The notes below the pieces were generated by a model. That model was given only the letters and a program-made list of their open reading frames with translations. It did not search any database and was not told where the DNA came from. A stretch of 64,000 nt of DNA. Source: Crocinitomicaceae bacterium (lineage in GTDB: Bacteria > Bacteroidota > Bacteroidia > Flavobacteriales_D > Crocinitomicaceae). The stretch is from NCBI GenBank assembly GCA_043720875.1, contig JAYSRU010000196.1, positions 2,971 to 66,970 on the forward strand, read 5' to 3'. Shown here in pieces: positions 8,919 through 18,827 of the stretch (the first letter of the stretch is position 1; every line of letters begins with the position of its first letter). Both the position numbers and the translations under genes were made by a program.

Positions 8919-10700
8919 TTAAAAAGTAAATCCGCCTTTTTCTATTGCTGTTACTGCGATTTCGTTGCGTAATTTAATGGTATTCGTTGGTTCAACTTTG
9001 CAGAATCTGCGAATTCCCATGTGCATCATTTTCAATTCATCTTCTTCCGCAACGTTGTTTATTACGTCTTTCGACGCTTTTTCAATTGTTGATGCTGCAT
9101 CGTAAAACATAACTTGAACAATTTTTCCTGCAAGTTCTTTGTGTGGGCCTTCTTGCATTTTTTGCGCACGCAACAGGGATGATTCACACAGATAACAAGC
9201 ATTGGCAATGTCAGAAACGGCCATTAGAATTTCTTGCTCTTTGCTTAAGGTTTCCATTCGTTTTTGAATCGCTGTGCCAGTTACCATTAAAAGTGCTTTC
9301 TTAAAATTGGCAAGATAACTTGTTTCTTTCGCCAAGTAAGTATCTGGAATTTCTTCCATATCTGGAATAGACATCAACTCATTTGCCACTGCCATTGCTG
9401 GTCCCATTAGGTCGATCTCTCCTTTCAAAGCACGTTTCAGAATGATTTCCACCGAGAGCATTCTATTGATTTCGTTAGTTCCTTCAAAAATTCTATTGAT
9501 GCGCGAATCGCGGTACGCTCTTTCCACGCTACTTTCTGCAGAATATCCCATTCCACCATAAATCTGAACAGCTTCATCCACTACAAAATCTAAGGCTTCT
9601 GATCCTGCAACTTTAAGTAAGGCGCATTCTGCTGCAAATTCCTCAATTCCTTTTAAATAGGCACGTTGCGGTGCTATCCCATCTATTATTTGATTCGCAA
9701 TGGTGTCTTCAATATTTTTCCCAACGCGGTAAGTTGCACTTTCTACAGCGAAAGTTTTTATGGTCATTTCGCCAATTTTTGAACGAATTGCTCCATATTT
9801 TGAAATTTGTCTTCCAAATTGTTGACGTTCATTCGCGTATTTTACAGCATCTTTCATTGCTTCTTTACAACCGCCAAGCACTCCGGCTGCAAGTTTAATA
9901 CGACCGATATTTAAGATGTTTAATGCAATTTTAAATCCTTCACCTCTGCCGGCTAACATATTTTCTATCGGAACTTTTACATCATTAAAGAAAACTTGTC
10001 GCGTTGAGGATCCTTTAATACCCATCTTTTTTTCTTCCGGATTCAATGAAATACCTTCACTTTGTGCATCAACAATAAACGCAGTCAGGTTATCATCTCC
10101 ATCTATTTTTGCGAAAACGGTAAATACGTTGGCAAATCCACCATTGGTGATCCACATTTTTTGCCCAGTGATGTTGTAGTGTTTTCCATCAGCCGTTAGT
10201 GTTGCTTTAGTTTTTCCAGAATTCGCGTCAGATCCTGATCCAGGTTCGGTTAGACAATATGCTCCTTTCCATTCACCACTGGCCAATTTTGGAACATATT
10301 TTTGTCGCAGTTCTTCTGATCCATAATACAAACATGGTAATGTACCAATTCCAGTATGCGCACCATAAGCAACCGAAAATGAGTAACCTGCGCCTAGGCT
10401 TTCAGTGGCCAATAAATTGGTTGTGAAATCTGTTCCTAAACCACCTAAGTTTTCAGGAACAGAAAGACCTAATAATCCCAATGCACCAGCTTTTTCTAGC
10501 AAACTCACCATTAAACCTTCTTCCTGCTTGTCAATGCGGTCTAAGTTGGGTTGAATTTCATTCTTGATAAAATCACGGCACATTTGGGCAATCATTTTTT
10601 GTTCTTCAGTTTGATCTTCTGGTGTGAATAATTCTTGTGGCGTACTTTGTCTAACTACAAATTCACCTCCTTTGATTGGTTTTTTTATTGAATCTTCCAT
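8919..10700 (-). CDS. Long acyl-CoA dehydrogenase
   Basis: 593 aa. ACAD motifs (YCLTEPGSGSDA, QIYGGMGY) with a C-terminal extension. Last gene of the fad cluster. Confidence 0.9.
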   Translation of the reverse strand: MEDSIKKPIKGGEFVVRQSTPQELFTPEDQTEEQKMIAQMCRDFIKNEIQPNLDRIDKQEEGLMVSLLEKAGALGLLGLSVPENLGGLGTDFTTNLLATESLGAGYSFSVAYGAHTGIGTLPCLYYGSEELRQKYVPKLASGEWKGAYCLTEPGSGSDANSGKTKATLTADGKHYNITGQKMWITNGGFANVFTVFAKIDGDDNLTAFIVDAQSEGISLNPEEKKMGIKGSSTRQVFFNDVKVPIENMLAGRGEGFKIALNILNIGRIKLAAGVLGGCKEAMKDAVKYANERQQFGRQISKYGAIRSKIGEMTIKTFAVESATYRVGKNIEDTIANQIIDGIAPQRAYLKGIEEFAAECALLKVAGSEALDFVVDEAVQIYGGMGYSAESSVERAYRDSRINRIFEGTNEINRMLSVEIILKRALKGEIDLMGPAMAVANELMSIPDMEEIPDTYLAKETSYLANFKKALLMVTGTAIQKRMETLSKEQEILMAVSDIANACYLCESSLLRAQKMQEGPHKELAGKIVQVMFYDAASTIEKASKDVINNVAEEDELKMMHMGIRRFCKVEPTNTIKLRNEIAVTAIEKGGFTF

Positions 10701-10730
10701 GATTTCTATCTATTCTATATTGCGAAACTA

Positions 10731-10758
10731 ATACAATCTTTTTAACTATGCATGCCTA
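10731..10758 (-). promoter_or_regulatory. Shared fad-operon element (candidate MarR operator/promoter), copy upstream of the acyl-CoA dehydrogenase gene
   Basis: Minus-strand TAGGCATGCATAGTTAAAAAGATTGTAT matches the copy at 14434..14461 at 23 of 28 positions, including an identical 12-mer TAGGCATGCATA. Followed directly by a near-consensus -7 box TAGTTTCG (10723..10730). Confidence 0.45.
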
Positions 10759-10792
10759 GTAAAGTGTTTTATGATTTTTTTTGAAAACTTGT

Positions 10793-11971
10793 TTAGTACA
10801 TTTCAAAAATACCTGCTGCTCCTTGACCAGAACCGATACACATACTCACTAAGCCAATTTTTTGTTGTCTTTTTTGTAATTCATGCATCAATTGAACGGA
10901 AAGTTTAGCGCCTGAACATCCAAGGGGATGGCCTAGAGCGATTGCACCACCGTTCACGTTTACAATGTCAGTATTCAATTCTAACTTTCTGCATACAGCC
11001 AAGGCTTGAGATGCGAAAGCTTCGTTAAGCTCGATCAACTGAACATCTTTTAACGTTAACCCAGCTTGCTTCAGCGCTTTTGGAATTGCTTCAATTGGTC
11101 CTAATCCCATTACAGAAGGTTCAACTCCTGCAACAGCATAGGAGAGCAGATCGGCAATTGGTTCCAAACCGAGTTCTTTCATCATTTTTTCTGACATTAC
11201 TAGAACGAATGCTGCTCCATCGGATGTTTGCGATGAATTACCAGCGGTAACACTTCCATTATTTGCAAATACTGGTTTAAGCATTCCTAATCCTTCTAGT
11301 GTACTTTGGCGTGGACCTTCATCGGTGGTTACAGTAATAATTTTACTTTGTCGTTTTTCTTTCTCATCCAAAAAGATGGTTTCTATTGCTATCGGAGCAA
11401 TTTCTGAACTGAATCTTCCCGAACTTATTGCAGCCAATGCTTTTTCATGAGATTTTAATGCAAATTCATCTTGATCCAAACGTCTAACGTCACATGTTTT
11501 AGCAACTTCTTCGGCAGTTAATCCCATACCCCAATACCAATCAGGATTGTTTTTAGCAACACGCGAATTAGGGACGATTCTCCAACCTCCCATTGCCATG
11601 GTTGACATAGATTCAACTCCGCCAGCAAGAATGCAATCTGCCATACCGGCTTCGATTTTAGCTTTTGCGATGGCAATTGTTTCTAAACCTGATGAACAGT
11701 AACGATTGACCGTCATTCCAGGAACTTTTACAGTATCTAGGCCCATCATGGCAATCATTCTACCAACATTTAAGCCTTGCTCCGCTTCTGGCGTTGCATT
11801 TCCAACGATCACATCGTCAATTCTATTTTTATCTAATTGAGGCACTTGCTTCATGAGGTATTGGATCACTTGAGCCGCTAAATCATCAGGTCGTGTATTG
11901 GCAAAACTTCCTTTCCCAGCTTTGCCAACTGCAGAACGATAACCTTTTACGATGTATGCTTTTTGTTTCAT
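10793..11971 (-). CDS. Acetyl-CoA C-acyltransferase (3-ketoacyl-CoA thiolase, FadA-like)
   Basis: 392 aa. Active-site Cys region NRYCSSGLE and C-terminal thiolase signatures ([19 protein letters not shown]). Confidence 0.9.
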   Translation of the reverse strand: MKQKAYIVKGYRSAVGKAGKGSFANTRPDDLAAQVIQYLMKQVPQLDKNRIDDVIVGNATPEAEQGLNVGRMIAMMGLDTVKVPGMTVNRYCSSGLETIAIAKAKIEAGMADCILAGGVESMSTMAMGGWRIVPNSRVAKNNPDWYWGMGLTAEEVAKTCDVRRLDQDEFALKSHEKALAAISSGRFSSEIAPIAIETIFLDEKEKRQSKIITVTTDEGPRQSTLEGLGMLKPVFANNGSVTAGNSSQTSDGAAFVLVMSEKMMKELGLEPIADLLSYAVAGVEPSVMGLGPIEAIPKALKQAGLTLKDVQLIELNEAFASQALAVCRKLELNTDIVNVNGGAIALGHPLGCSGAKLSVQLMHELQKRQQKIGLVSMCIGSGQGAAGIFEMY

Positions 11972-11983
11972 GGTCGGGAAGTA

Positions 11984-14359
11984 TTAGTTTCTTAAAATTT
12001 TACCAGTTTTTACTAGACTTTGAAGACGTTCTAAAGTCTTCTTTTCTTTACACAACTGCATAAATATGGTTCTTTCTAAATCGAGTAAATATTGTTCTGA
12101 CACAGTTGTAATCGCGCTGAGGTCTCCACCAGCAAGCACAAATCCCAACTTTTCTGAAATCAATTGATCGTGTTCGGAGATGTAATTACCACTTTTCATA
12201 GAATTTGAACCAACGTAGACAATTCCTAATGCTTCTTGTCCTAAGACCTGGATGTTTTTCTCACGAATTGGAGCAGTATATCCATTGTTAAGTAATGAAC
12301 TACAGGCATCTTTAGCCCGAGAGAGCAACGCTTCTTTGTTCATCACAATTTCATCAACTCCTTGACGTAAAAAACCAAACTCAAAAGCCTCGTGTGCAGA
12401 AGTTGCAACTTTGGCTTGACCGATAGTCAAAAACTTATCTCTAAATCGATTGATACGAATATCGCCTTCTTTCATCTCATCTGATAAGCGTTTCGCAAAT
12501 TCTTTTGTTCCGCCGCCTCCAGGAATAAGACCAACTCCAAATTCAACGAGTCCCATGTACAATTCAGAATGTGCGATCACTTTGTCTGCGTGCAAACAAA
12601 ATTCGCATGCTCCACCCAATGTCAAATTGAACGGTGCAATCACTACAGGGATTGAACTGTAACGGATACGCATACTGGTATCTTGAAAGTATTTTACGGC
12701 TGCATTTAATTCATCAAATTCTTGTTCGGCTGCCATCATGAAGATCATGGCAACATTAGCTCCTGCAGAAAAATGTTGACCTTTATGTGAAATCACAAGT
12801 CCTTTGCCCGTTTCTTCTGCCAATGAAATTGCTTTATTAACACCCGCCAAAACACCTCCACCAATCGTGTTCATTTTGGTTGAAAACGACAAATTTAATA
12901 CGTTATCGCCTAAGTCTTCTAGTCGGCAATCTGCATTATTCCAAACCAACGCAGTTGCTGGAAGGGCGTCCAAATCCAACAATGCACCAGGGATTGCCTC
13001 ATAGGCATTAGAAATTTGATTGTAATATTGTTTTTCACCGTTTGAGTTTTTGTAAAAACACGGATTTTCTAGCTCAGATAGTGCCTGAATCCATGGTGCG
13101 ATGGTTTTATTTTCAGTAACAATTAAGGCTAAACCTTGTTGAAAACCGATTAGATCCCATGTTTCGAAAATCCCAACTTCCCATCCAAATCCAGCTTTAA
13201 TTGCATCGTCAATACTAAACAATGCATCTGCTATTTCTGGAATTCTGTTGGATGCATACGCAAACAGACCTGCAAATGATTTGCGGTAAAATTGGCCAAC
13301 CTCTCCTTTATCGGCTAGCAAAAACTGAATTCGTTTTTTTGTATCTTCAATTGGCTTAGCGGCATCCAGAATCGCAAACTTTCTACGCGTTCCTTTTTCA
13401 TATGCTGAAGTTTCGAAGTTTAAGCTTAAGATTTCGCGTTCTCCGTTTTCACCTTTCAACATTTTAAAGAAACCACCTTTTGTTTTATCTCCTAATTGCT
13501 TATTTTTCATCATTTTATCGATGAAATCGGGCAATATAAATGCATCTTTTTCTTCATCTGTCGGACAAGCAAGTTGTAATCCTTTTGCAACATGTACTAA
13601 GGTGTCTAAACCTACCACATCACACGTTCGAAAGGTTGCAGATTTAGCACGACCTAAAATTGGACCCGTAAGCAAATCAATTTCACTAATTGAAAATCCA
13701 GATGATTTAGTCATATGAAATAATTGCATGATGGAAAATATACCAACTCTGTTTGCTATAAACGCTGGTGTATCCTTGCACAAAACAGTTTTCTTGCCTA
13801 ACGATTCATTCCCAAATTTGAGCAGGAATTCAGTAACCGAAGGATCGGTAAACGGAGTTGGAATTATCTCCAACAATTGTAAATACCTTGGTGGATTGAA
13901 AAAGTGCGTTCCGCAAAAATGTGTTTTAAAATCATCCGAACGATTCTCCAACATCAAATGAATTGGAATACCAGATGTATTAGAAGTAATCAGCGCGCCA
14001 GGTTTGCGGTAGACTTCAATTTTCTCAAAAAGCTGTTGTTTAATGTCTAAACGTTCAATAACTACCTCCATGATCCAATCGCAAACTGCAATTTCTGATA
14101 GATTATCCTCGATGTTACCCGTTGTAATTCGAGAAGCAAATTTGACAGAATATAACGATGAAGGTTTTGCTTTTAGCGTTGCATTGAATGCGTCGTTTAC
14201 AATTTTATTACGCATTCCTTTCGGTGAATCTTTTGTGCTGTCAGCAGCAGGGATATCCAACAAAAGCACTTCACAACCGATGTTTGCAAAATGACACGCA
14301 ATGCGAGAACCCATAATTCCTGAGCCTACTATTGCCACTTTTTTTATTGTACGAGTCAT
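11984..14359 (-). CDS. Bifunctional 3-hydroxyacyl-CoA dehydrogenase / enoyl-CoA hydratase (FadB-like, HADH domain N-terminal)
   Basis: 791 aa. N-terminal Rossmann VAIVGSGIMGSRIA and a C-terminal crotonase-fold region (HFSAGANV). Confidence 0.9.
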   Translation of the reverse strand: MTRTIKKVAIVGSGIMGSRIACHFANIGCEVLLLDIPAADSTKDSPKGMRNKIVNDAFNATLKAKPSSLYSVKFASRITTGNIEDNLSEIAVCDWIMEVVIERLDIKQQLFEKIEVYRKPGALITSNTSGIPIHLMLENRSDDFKTHFCGTHFFNPPRYLQLLEIIPTPFTDPSVTEFLLKFGNESLGKKTVLCKDTPAFIANRVGIFSIMQLFHMTKSSGFSISEIDLLTGPILGRAKSATFRTCDVVGLDTLVHVAKGLQLACPTDEEKDAFILPDFIDKMMKNKQLGDKTKGGFFKMLKGENGEREILSLNFETSAYEKGTRRKFAILDAAKPIEDTKKRIQFLLADKGEVGQFYRKSFAGLFAYASNRIPEIADALFSIDDAIKAGFGWEVGIFETWDLIGFQQGLALIVTENKTIAPWIQALSELENPCFYKNSNGEKQYYNQISNAYEAIPGALLDLDALPATALVWNNADCRLEDLGDNVLNLSFSTKMNTIGGGVLAGVNKAISLAEETGKGLVISHKGQHFSAGANVAMIFMMAAEQEFDELNAAVKYFQDTSMRIRYSSIPVVIAPFNLTLGGACEFCLHADKVIAHSELYMGLVEFGVGLIPGGGGTKEFAKRLSDEMKEGDIRINRFRDKFLTIGQAKVATSAHEAFEFGFLRQGVDEIVMNKEALLSRAKDACSSLLNNGYTAPIREKNIQVLGQEALGIVYVGSNSMKSGNYISEHDQLISEKLGFVLAGGDLSAITTVSEQYLLDLERTIFMQLCKEKKTLERLQSLVKTGKILRN

Positions 14360-14433
14360 GTGAATTTGTATGAATTATTTTTTGTTTCTGAGGGCTGTAA
14401 TCAGCTTTAGAATCGTTATTTTAAAATAAAGAT

Positions 14434-14461
14434 ATGCAATTTTTATTAATATGCATGCCTA
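14434..14461 (-). promoter_or_regulatory. Shared fad-operon element (candidate MarR operator/promoter), copy upstream of the fadB-like gene
   Basis: Minus-strand TAGGCATGCATATTAATAAAAATTGCAT. 23/28 identity to 10731..10758. A near-consensus -7 box TATCTTTA overlaps and follows it (14427..14434). Confidence 0.45.
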
Positions 14462-14548
14462 ATATATAAAAAATATTTATTTCCTTTGAATGTTCCACAA
14501 ACTAACGTTGAATATGCTTATTTATTTGAGGATAAGAAGGGTGTTATG

Positions 14549-15007
14549 TTACTTTTGTTTTGCATTTAGTTTCTTAAGGTCATCTTCCACGATGCCATCC
14601 AATTTTTCTAGCACCTCAAAAAATGTTTTCAATTTACCTTGAGCGATTTTTGATTTTACTTTCACGTTAAAATCTACTACAATTGCCTTTGCATTTTTTC
14701 GTTGTAGAATTCCTTTTTCGGTCAAAAACACCAAAACTTTTCTTTTGTCAATCAAATCTTCAACTCTATAAATGAGGCCCGTTTCTTCCATTAATTTTAG
14801 TGTGCGTGAAAGGCTCGTGGGCTCCATTCCCATATTGGGTCCAATTTGCGTGCTAGGTGTTCCTGTTTTATCAATAATCAATAGAATAAAACCAATCGAC
14901 AATGTCAAATCATTTTCAATAGCCTTTTGGTTGTAGAGTCTTGAAAGTTTTAGCCAAATTTGGCGGATGTTAAAATCTATGTTCTGATTATTGTAAAGAT
15001 CGTGCAT
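14549..15007 (-). CDS. MarR-family transcriptional regulator (first gene of the fad cluster)
   Basis: Start set to ATG 15005..15007 (152 aa), because the ORF-track start at 15151 is TTG and adds a hydrophobic non-MarR extension. Winged-HTH region PTSLSRTLKLMEETGLIYRVEDLIDKRKVLVFLTEKG. Confidence 0.8.
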   Translation of the reverse strand: MHDLYNNQNIDFNIRQIWLKLSRLYNQKAIENDLTLSIGFILLIIDKTGTPSTQIGPNMGMEPTSLSRTLKLMEETGLIYRVEDLIDKRKVLVFLTEKGILQRKNAKAIVVDFNVKVKSKIAQGKLKTFFEVLEKLDGIVEDDLKKLNAKQK

Positions 15008-15309
15008 TCTAATTTGTATTTGTTCTGTAGGTAGACTTAATACAGTAAAGTCAACCGCATACTTCTGTTTTCCTCCGCTAAATAATCTAATAATCTTGAA
15101 TAATACAAGGCTTAAGTAAAGTATTTTTAAGTCTAAAAATGTATCGAACAAAATTTTGACAGTAAATCACCGAATTCAGTATGGTTTATGCTTTTCTCTG
15201 AGCAGATTGCTTTTCTATTTTGAACAAGCTTCTAATTAATTGTGAAAAATAGTTGTGATAAAAGCTTGAATTTCAGCGCGAAGTTAGCGATCATACTAAA
15301 TCCCCCCCC

Positions 15310-15789
15310 TTACTCAACAATACTTTTATCCAACAAGGTAACCATGGCTAAAAGCACGATATACAATTGGCTTGCTGTTTCATCATCTAATTGTGTTCCG
15401 TCGACATCGGGCTCGCTAATTTCCATGGCTAGAAAGTTAACCAAGTGCTCTTGTCTTGTGTATTCATATAAAATTTCTTCTTCGCCGTTTTCGAAATACT
15501 GATCAATAACTTCGAAATATGGTTCTTGAAATTCATCAATCAACTCTTCTGTCACTGCTTTAACATTGACTTGTTCTTGTTTGAAAATTTCCATAATTAA
15601 ACAGAAATAATATACAAGTAGGCCTTCTAATTTTTCGTTATCATATTCTATCGCAGCAGACATTACATAACCAATAAGAACTTCTTGCTCTAAGGCAAAC
15701 GTTTCGGAGATTCTTTCTAAAGCGTCGTCATCTAAATTATCAATTTTAGCAATTGCTTTTTCGATGTTGGAGAATTGAATTTGAGTCAT
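15310..15789 (-). CDS. Hypothetical highly acidic cytoplasmic protein
   Basis: 159-aa ORF with an ATG start, Asp/Glu-rich, no recognisable motif. Has its own -7 box upstream. Confidence 0.5.
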   Translation of the reverse strand: MTQIQFSNIEKAIAKIDNLDDDALERISETFALEQEVLIGYVMSAAIEYDNEKLEGLLVYYFCLIMEIFKQEQVNVKAVTEELIDEFQEPYFEVIDQYFENGEEEILYEYTRQEHLVNFLAMEISEPDVDGTQLDDETASQLYIVLLAMVTLLDKSIVE

Positions 15790-15843
15790 AAATTAAGTTT
15801 AATGTAAATCCTCAGGGAGAATTTGAGATTGGTTTTTGGCTTG

Positions 15844-15851
15844 CAAAAGTA
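15844..15851 (-). promoter_or_regulatory. -7 promoter box (TACTTTTG) for the acidic-protein gene
   Basis: Perfect TAnnTTTG on the minus strand, 55 nt upstream of ATG 15789, back-to-back with the plus-strand box at 15853..15860. Confidence 0.35.
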
Positions 15852-15852
15852 C

Positions 15853-15860
15853 TACATTTG
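15853..15860 (+). promoter_or_regulatory. -7 promoter box (TACATTTG) with -33 TTG for the DUF2461 gene
   Basis: Perfect TAnnTTTG, with a TTG at 15829..15831 (21-nt spacer). 61 nt upstream of ATG 15922. Confidence 0.4.
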
Positions 15861-15921
15861 TCTTTCTTATACTAAAATTTAGTGGGTATAAATTAACCTT
15901 TTACGATAAGTAATTTCGAGT

Positions 15922-16593
15922 ATGGCATTTTTCAGTAAAGATTTTGTTGCATTTTTTAAGGAATTGAGCGCAAACAATAACAAAGAATGGTTTGATTTAA
16001 ACCGTAAACGCTATGAACTTGAAATCAAAGAACCCTTTAAGAAATTTGTACAATTGTTAATTGATCGAATGGGTAAAAAATATCCAGAAATGATCGGTTT
16101 ACAGGCCAAAGATTGTATTTTTAGAATTAACCGTGATGTCCGCTTTTCCAAAGATAAAATTCCATATAAAACTTCGGTGTCAGCGGTAATTGGAGAAGGC
16201 GGTAAAAAATCAAAAAATGGGCGTGGATTTTATTTCGAACTAACTCCAGATTATGTGCGTATATATGGCGGAATCTACGAAATGGAACGAGAAGATTTGA
16301 TGGTGTTAAGAGAAGACATTTCGTATTCGCTTGATAAATTTAAGGCGGCTTATTCAGACCCAAGGTTCATGCATGTTTATGGAGAAATTAAGGGCGAAAA
16401 GAATAAAATATTAGCTAAAAACTTGCAAATTGCTGCACAAAAAGAACCCTTGCTGTTCAATAAACAATTTTACTATTTCACTGAAATGACTGCAGAAACA
16501 GTGCTAGCTGATAACCTTGATAATTTGTTATTTACTGCCTATGAAGCACAAGAACCTGTTGAATCTTATTTTTACGCTTTGTTGAATCATTAA
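15922..16593 (+). CDS. DUF2461 (TIGR02453) family protein
   Basis: 223 aa. N-terminal signature FFKELSANNNKEWFDLNRKRYE and RINRDVRFSKDKIPYK. Confidence 0.7.
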   Translation: MAFFSKDFVAFFKELSANNNKEWFDLNRKRYELEIKEPFKKFVQLLIDRMGKKYPEMIGLQAKDCIFRINRDVRFSKDKIPYKTSVSAVIGEGGKKSKNGRGFYFELTPDYVRIYGGIYEMEREDLMVLREDISYSLDKFKAAYSDPRFMHVYGEIKGEKNKILAKNLQIAAQKEPLLFNKQFYYFTEMTAETVLADNLDNLLFTAYEAQEPVESYFYALLNH

Positions 16594-16665
16594 AATCACT
16601 TACTTTCGTTCACCTTTTTATGCGGTGATCTTTTTGAATAATCATACATCTTTAAACAATATACA

Positions 16666-18798
16666 ATGAAAAAATTCCTCTTTACCGTTATCTTGCTTGT
16701 TGTTTCAAGTGTTTCTAAGATTTCTTTCGCACAAAAAAAGACCTTAACCTTGGCCGATGCTGTAGGTCAACAATATCGAAATTTGGCAGCCAAGAGTATT
16801 TTTGGATTTGCGTGGATTCCAAATTCAACAGAAGATTATTCATATTTGGAAGCTTACCAAACCTTAGTAATTGTGAGCAAGAATGCAACGAAGACTCAAA
16901 AAATTAAAATACAAGAAGTAAATACAGCTTGTGTTGCCGAGTTGAGTTGGTTCAGTGGCATGACTTGGTTAGATGAGCATACATTTTATTTGAGCGACGG
17001 CACAAGTTATTACAAGTACAACATTACCACCAAAAAAGGAGAAAAATGGGCAAGCGCTTCGGATGAAGCTGAAAATGTAAACTTGAATGATGCTTCTGGA
17101 AATATAGCGTACACGTTGAAAAATAACTTATACGTGAAAACAATAGCCGGTAAAGTAATTCAAGTAACAAAAGAAGCCACTGGAATCGTGAGCGGGGCGG
17201 CAATAGCCCGTAGCGAATTTGGGATTTCAGGTGGAATTTTTTGGGCACCAACAGGAAAATCAATTGCATTTTATCAAAAAAATGAGCGTGCAGTTGCAGA
17301 ATATCCCTTGTTAGATATAAATGCTCCAACAGGTAAGTTGAAATCTATTCGTTACCCAATGGCTGGGCAAACGTCAGAAACACCTCGAGTTGGAATTATG
17401 AAAATTGGAGCTAAAAAGCCAATCTATATCGATCCTAGACAAGGAAAGGATAACTATTTAACTAACGTAAGTTGGTCAAGTGATGAGAGGTTTATCATAC
17501 TCGCGGAAGTAAATAGAGACCAAAATCATTTTTGGGTAAATAAATATGATGCGGTAACAGGAAAATTTCTTGCAACGCTTTTTGAAGAAAAAAATGATAA
17601 ATGGGCAGAACCTGAGCATCCTGCATTTTTCCATTCGAAAGGATCCAATGACTTTATTTGGATTTCAGAGCGTGATGGGTACAATAACCTATATTTATAT
17701 GACATTAATGGGACTTTGATAAAACAACTTACCGCTAATAAATTTATGGTGAAGTCCATTGTTGAAGGATTAGAAGGGGATAAGATATTTTTCACAGCCA
17801 CCGGAATTGACCCAAAAAACACAATGCTTTTTAGCGTAGATTTTAACGGTTCACAAACGCAACTTACAACAACTCCAGGAGTGCATGCCAACGTTGTACA
17901 CCCAAAAGGTGCTTTGTATTTTGATCAATATTCATCGTTAGCGATTCCGAACGTTGCTCAAATTTGTTCAATTTCTGGAACAATAGTGAAAGAATTAATT
18001 GCTGCAGAAAATCCGTTAAAAGATTATACGGTAGGTACGGTAGAGTTTTTAAAACTTTCAGCTGAAGACGGGCAGGAACTACATGCACGTATTGTAAAGC
18101 CAAGCAACTTCGATGCTTCAAAAAAATATCCTGTTCTAGTTTATGTTTATGGTGGTCCGCATGCCCAAATGGTTACCAATGAATTTATGGGAAATGTAGA
18201 TTACTGGATGCTATGGATGGCAGAACAAGGTTACGTTGTATTTACCTTAGATAATCGTGGATCAGGTGAACGCGGAACAGCGTTCGAACAAGTGATTCAC
18301 CGCCAAGTTGGAACTGCAGAAATAGCGGATCAAATGGTAGGCGTAAATTACCTGAAAAGTTTGAATTTTGTGGATGGTAATCGAATTGCGGTGCATGGAT
18401 GGAGTTTTGGTGGATTTATGACGACCTCATTATTGTTAAGACAACCAGATGTTTTTAGAGCAGGGGTTGCAGGCGGACCAGTAACAGATTGGAAATATTA
18501 TGAAATCATGTACGGTGAAAGATATATGGATCGTCCGCAAGAAAATGAAAAAGGATATGAGCAAGCAAGCACTTTGACGCATGCAGACAAATTAAAAGGA
18601 AAGTTATTGTTGATTCATGGAACTATCGACGATGTTGTGGTAATGCAACATTCAGAAGCGCTAATTAAAAGATTTGTAGAGGTGGATAAACAGATGGATT
18701 TCTTTGTTTACCCAATGCACGAACACAACGTAAGAGGAAAAGATCGCATTCATTTAATGACAAAAGTGTTGAATTACATTTTGGATAATAATAAATAA
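16666..18798 (+). CDS. Dipeptidyl-peptidase IV (S9B prolyl dipeptidyl aminopeptidase)
   Basis: 710 aa. Signal peptide, beta-propeller region, catalytic Ser motif HGWSFGGFM, Asp (HGTIDDVV) and His (HEHNV). Confidence 0.9.
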   Translation: MKKFLFTVILLVVSSVSKISFAQKKTLTLADAVGQQYRNLAAKSIFGFAWIPNSTEDYSYLEAYQTLVIVSKNATKTQKIKIQEVNTACVAELSWFSGMTWLDEHTFYLSDGTSYYKYNITTKKGEKWASASDEAENVNLNDASGNIAYTLKNNLYVKTIAGKVIQVTKEATGIVSGAAIARSEFGISGGIFWAPTGKSIAFYQKNERAVAEYPLLDINAPTGKLKSIRYPMAGQTSETPRVGIMKIGAKKPIYIDPRQGKDNYLTNVSWSSDERFIILAEVNRDQNHFWVNKYDAVTGKFLATLFEEKNDKWAEPEHPAFFHSKGSNDFIWISERDGYNNLYLYDINGTLIKQLTANKFMVKSIVEGLEGDKIFFTATGIDPKNTMLFSVDFNGSQTQLTTTPGVHANVVHPKGALYFDQYSSLAIPNVAQICSISGTIVKELIAAENPLKDYTVGTVEFLKLSAEDGQELHARIVKPSNFDASKKYPVLVYVYGGPHAQMVTNEFMGNVDYWMLWMAEQGYVVFTLDNRGSGERGTAFEQVIHRQVGTAEIADQMVGVNYLKSLNFVDGNRIAVHGWSFGGFMTTSLLLRQPDVFRAGVAGGPVTDWKYYEIMYGERYMDRPQENEKGYEQASTLTHADKLKGKLLLIHGTIDDVVVMQHSEALIKRFVEVDKQMDFFVYPMHEHNVRGKDRIHLMTKVLNYILDNNK

Positions 18799-18827
18799 TT
18801 GTTTCTTCAAAACACATAAGCACAACA

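Noticed and set aside
15008-15151. N-terminal extensions proposed by the ORF track from TTG/GTG starts (MarR to 15151, pdhA to 8105, DUF4328-like to 5714, gldB to 46722, 3386-gene to 4354, membrane protein to 52946, upp to 33718).
   Set aside because: The extensions add non-homologous or hydrophobic residues. They overlap promoter boxes, terminators or the neighbouring gene. Internal ATGs give canonical N-termini (signal peptides, lipoboxes, domain starts).
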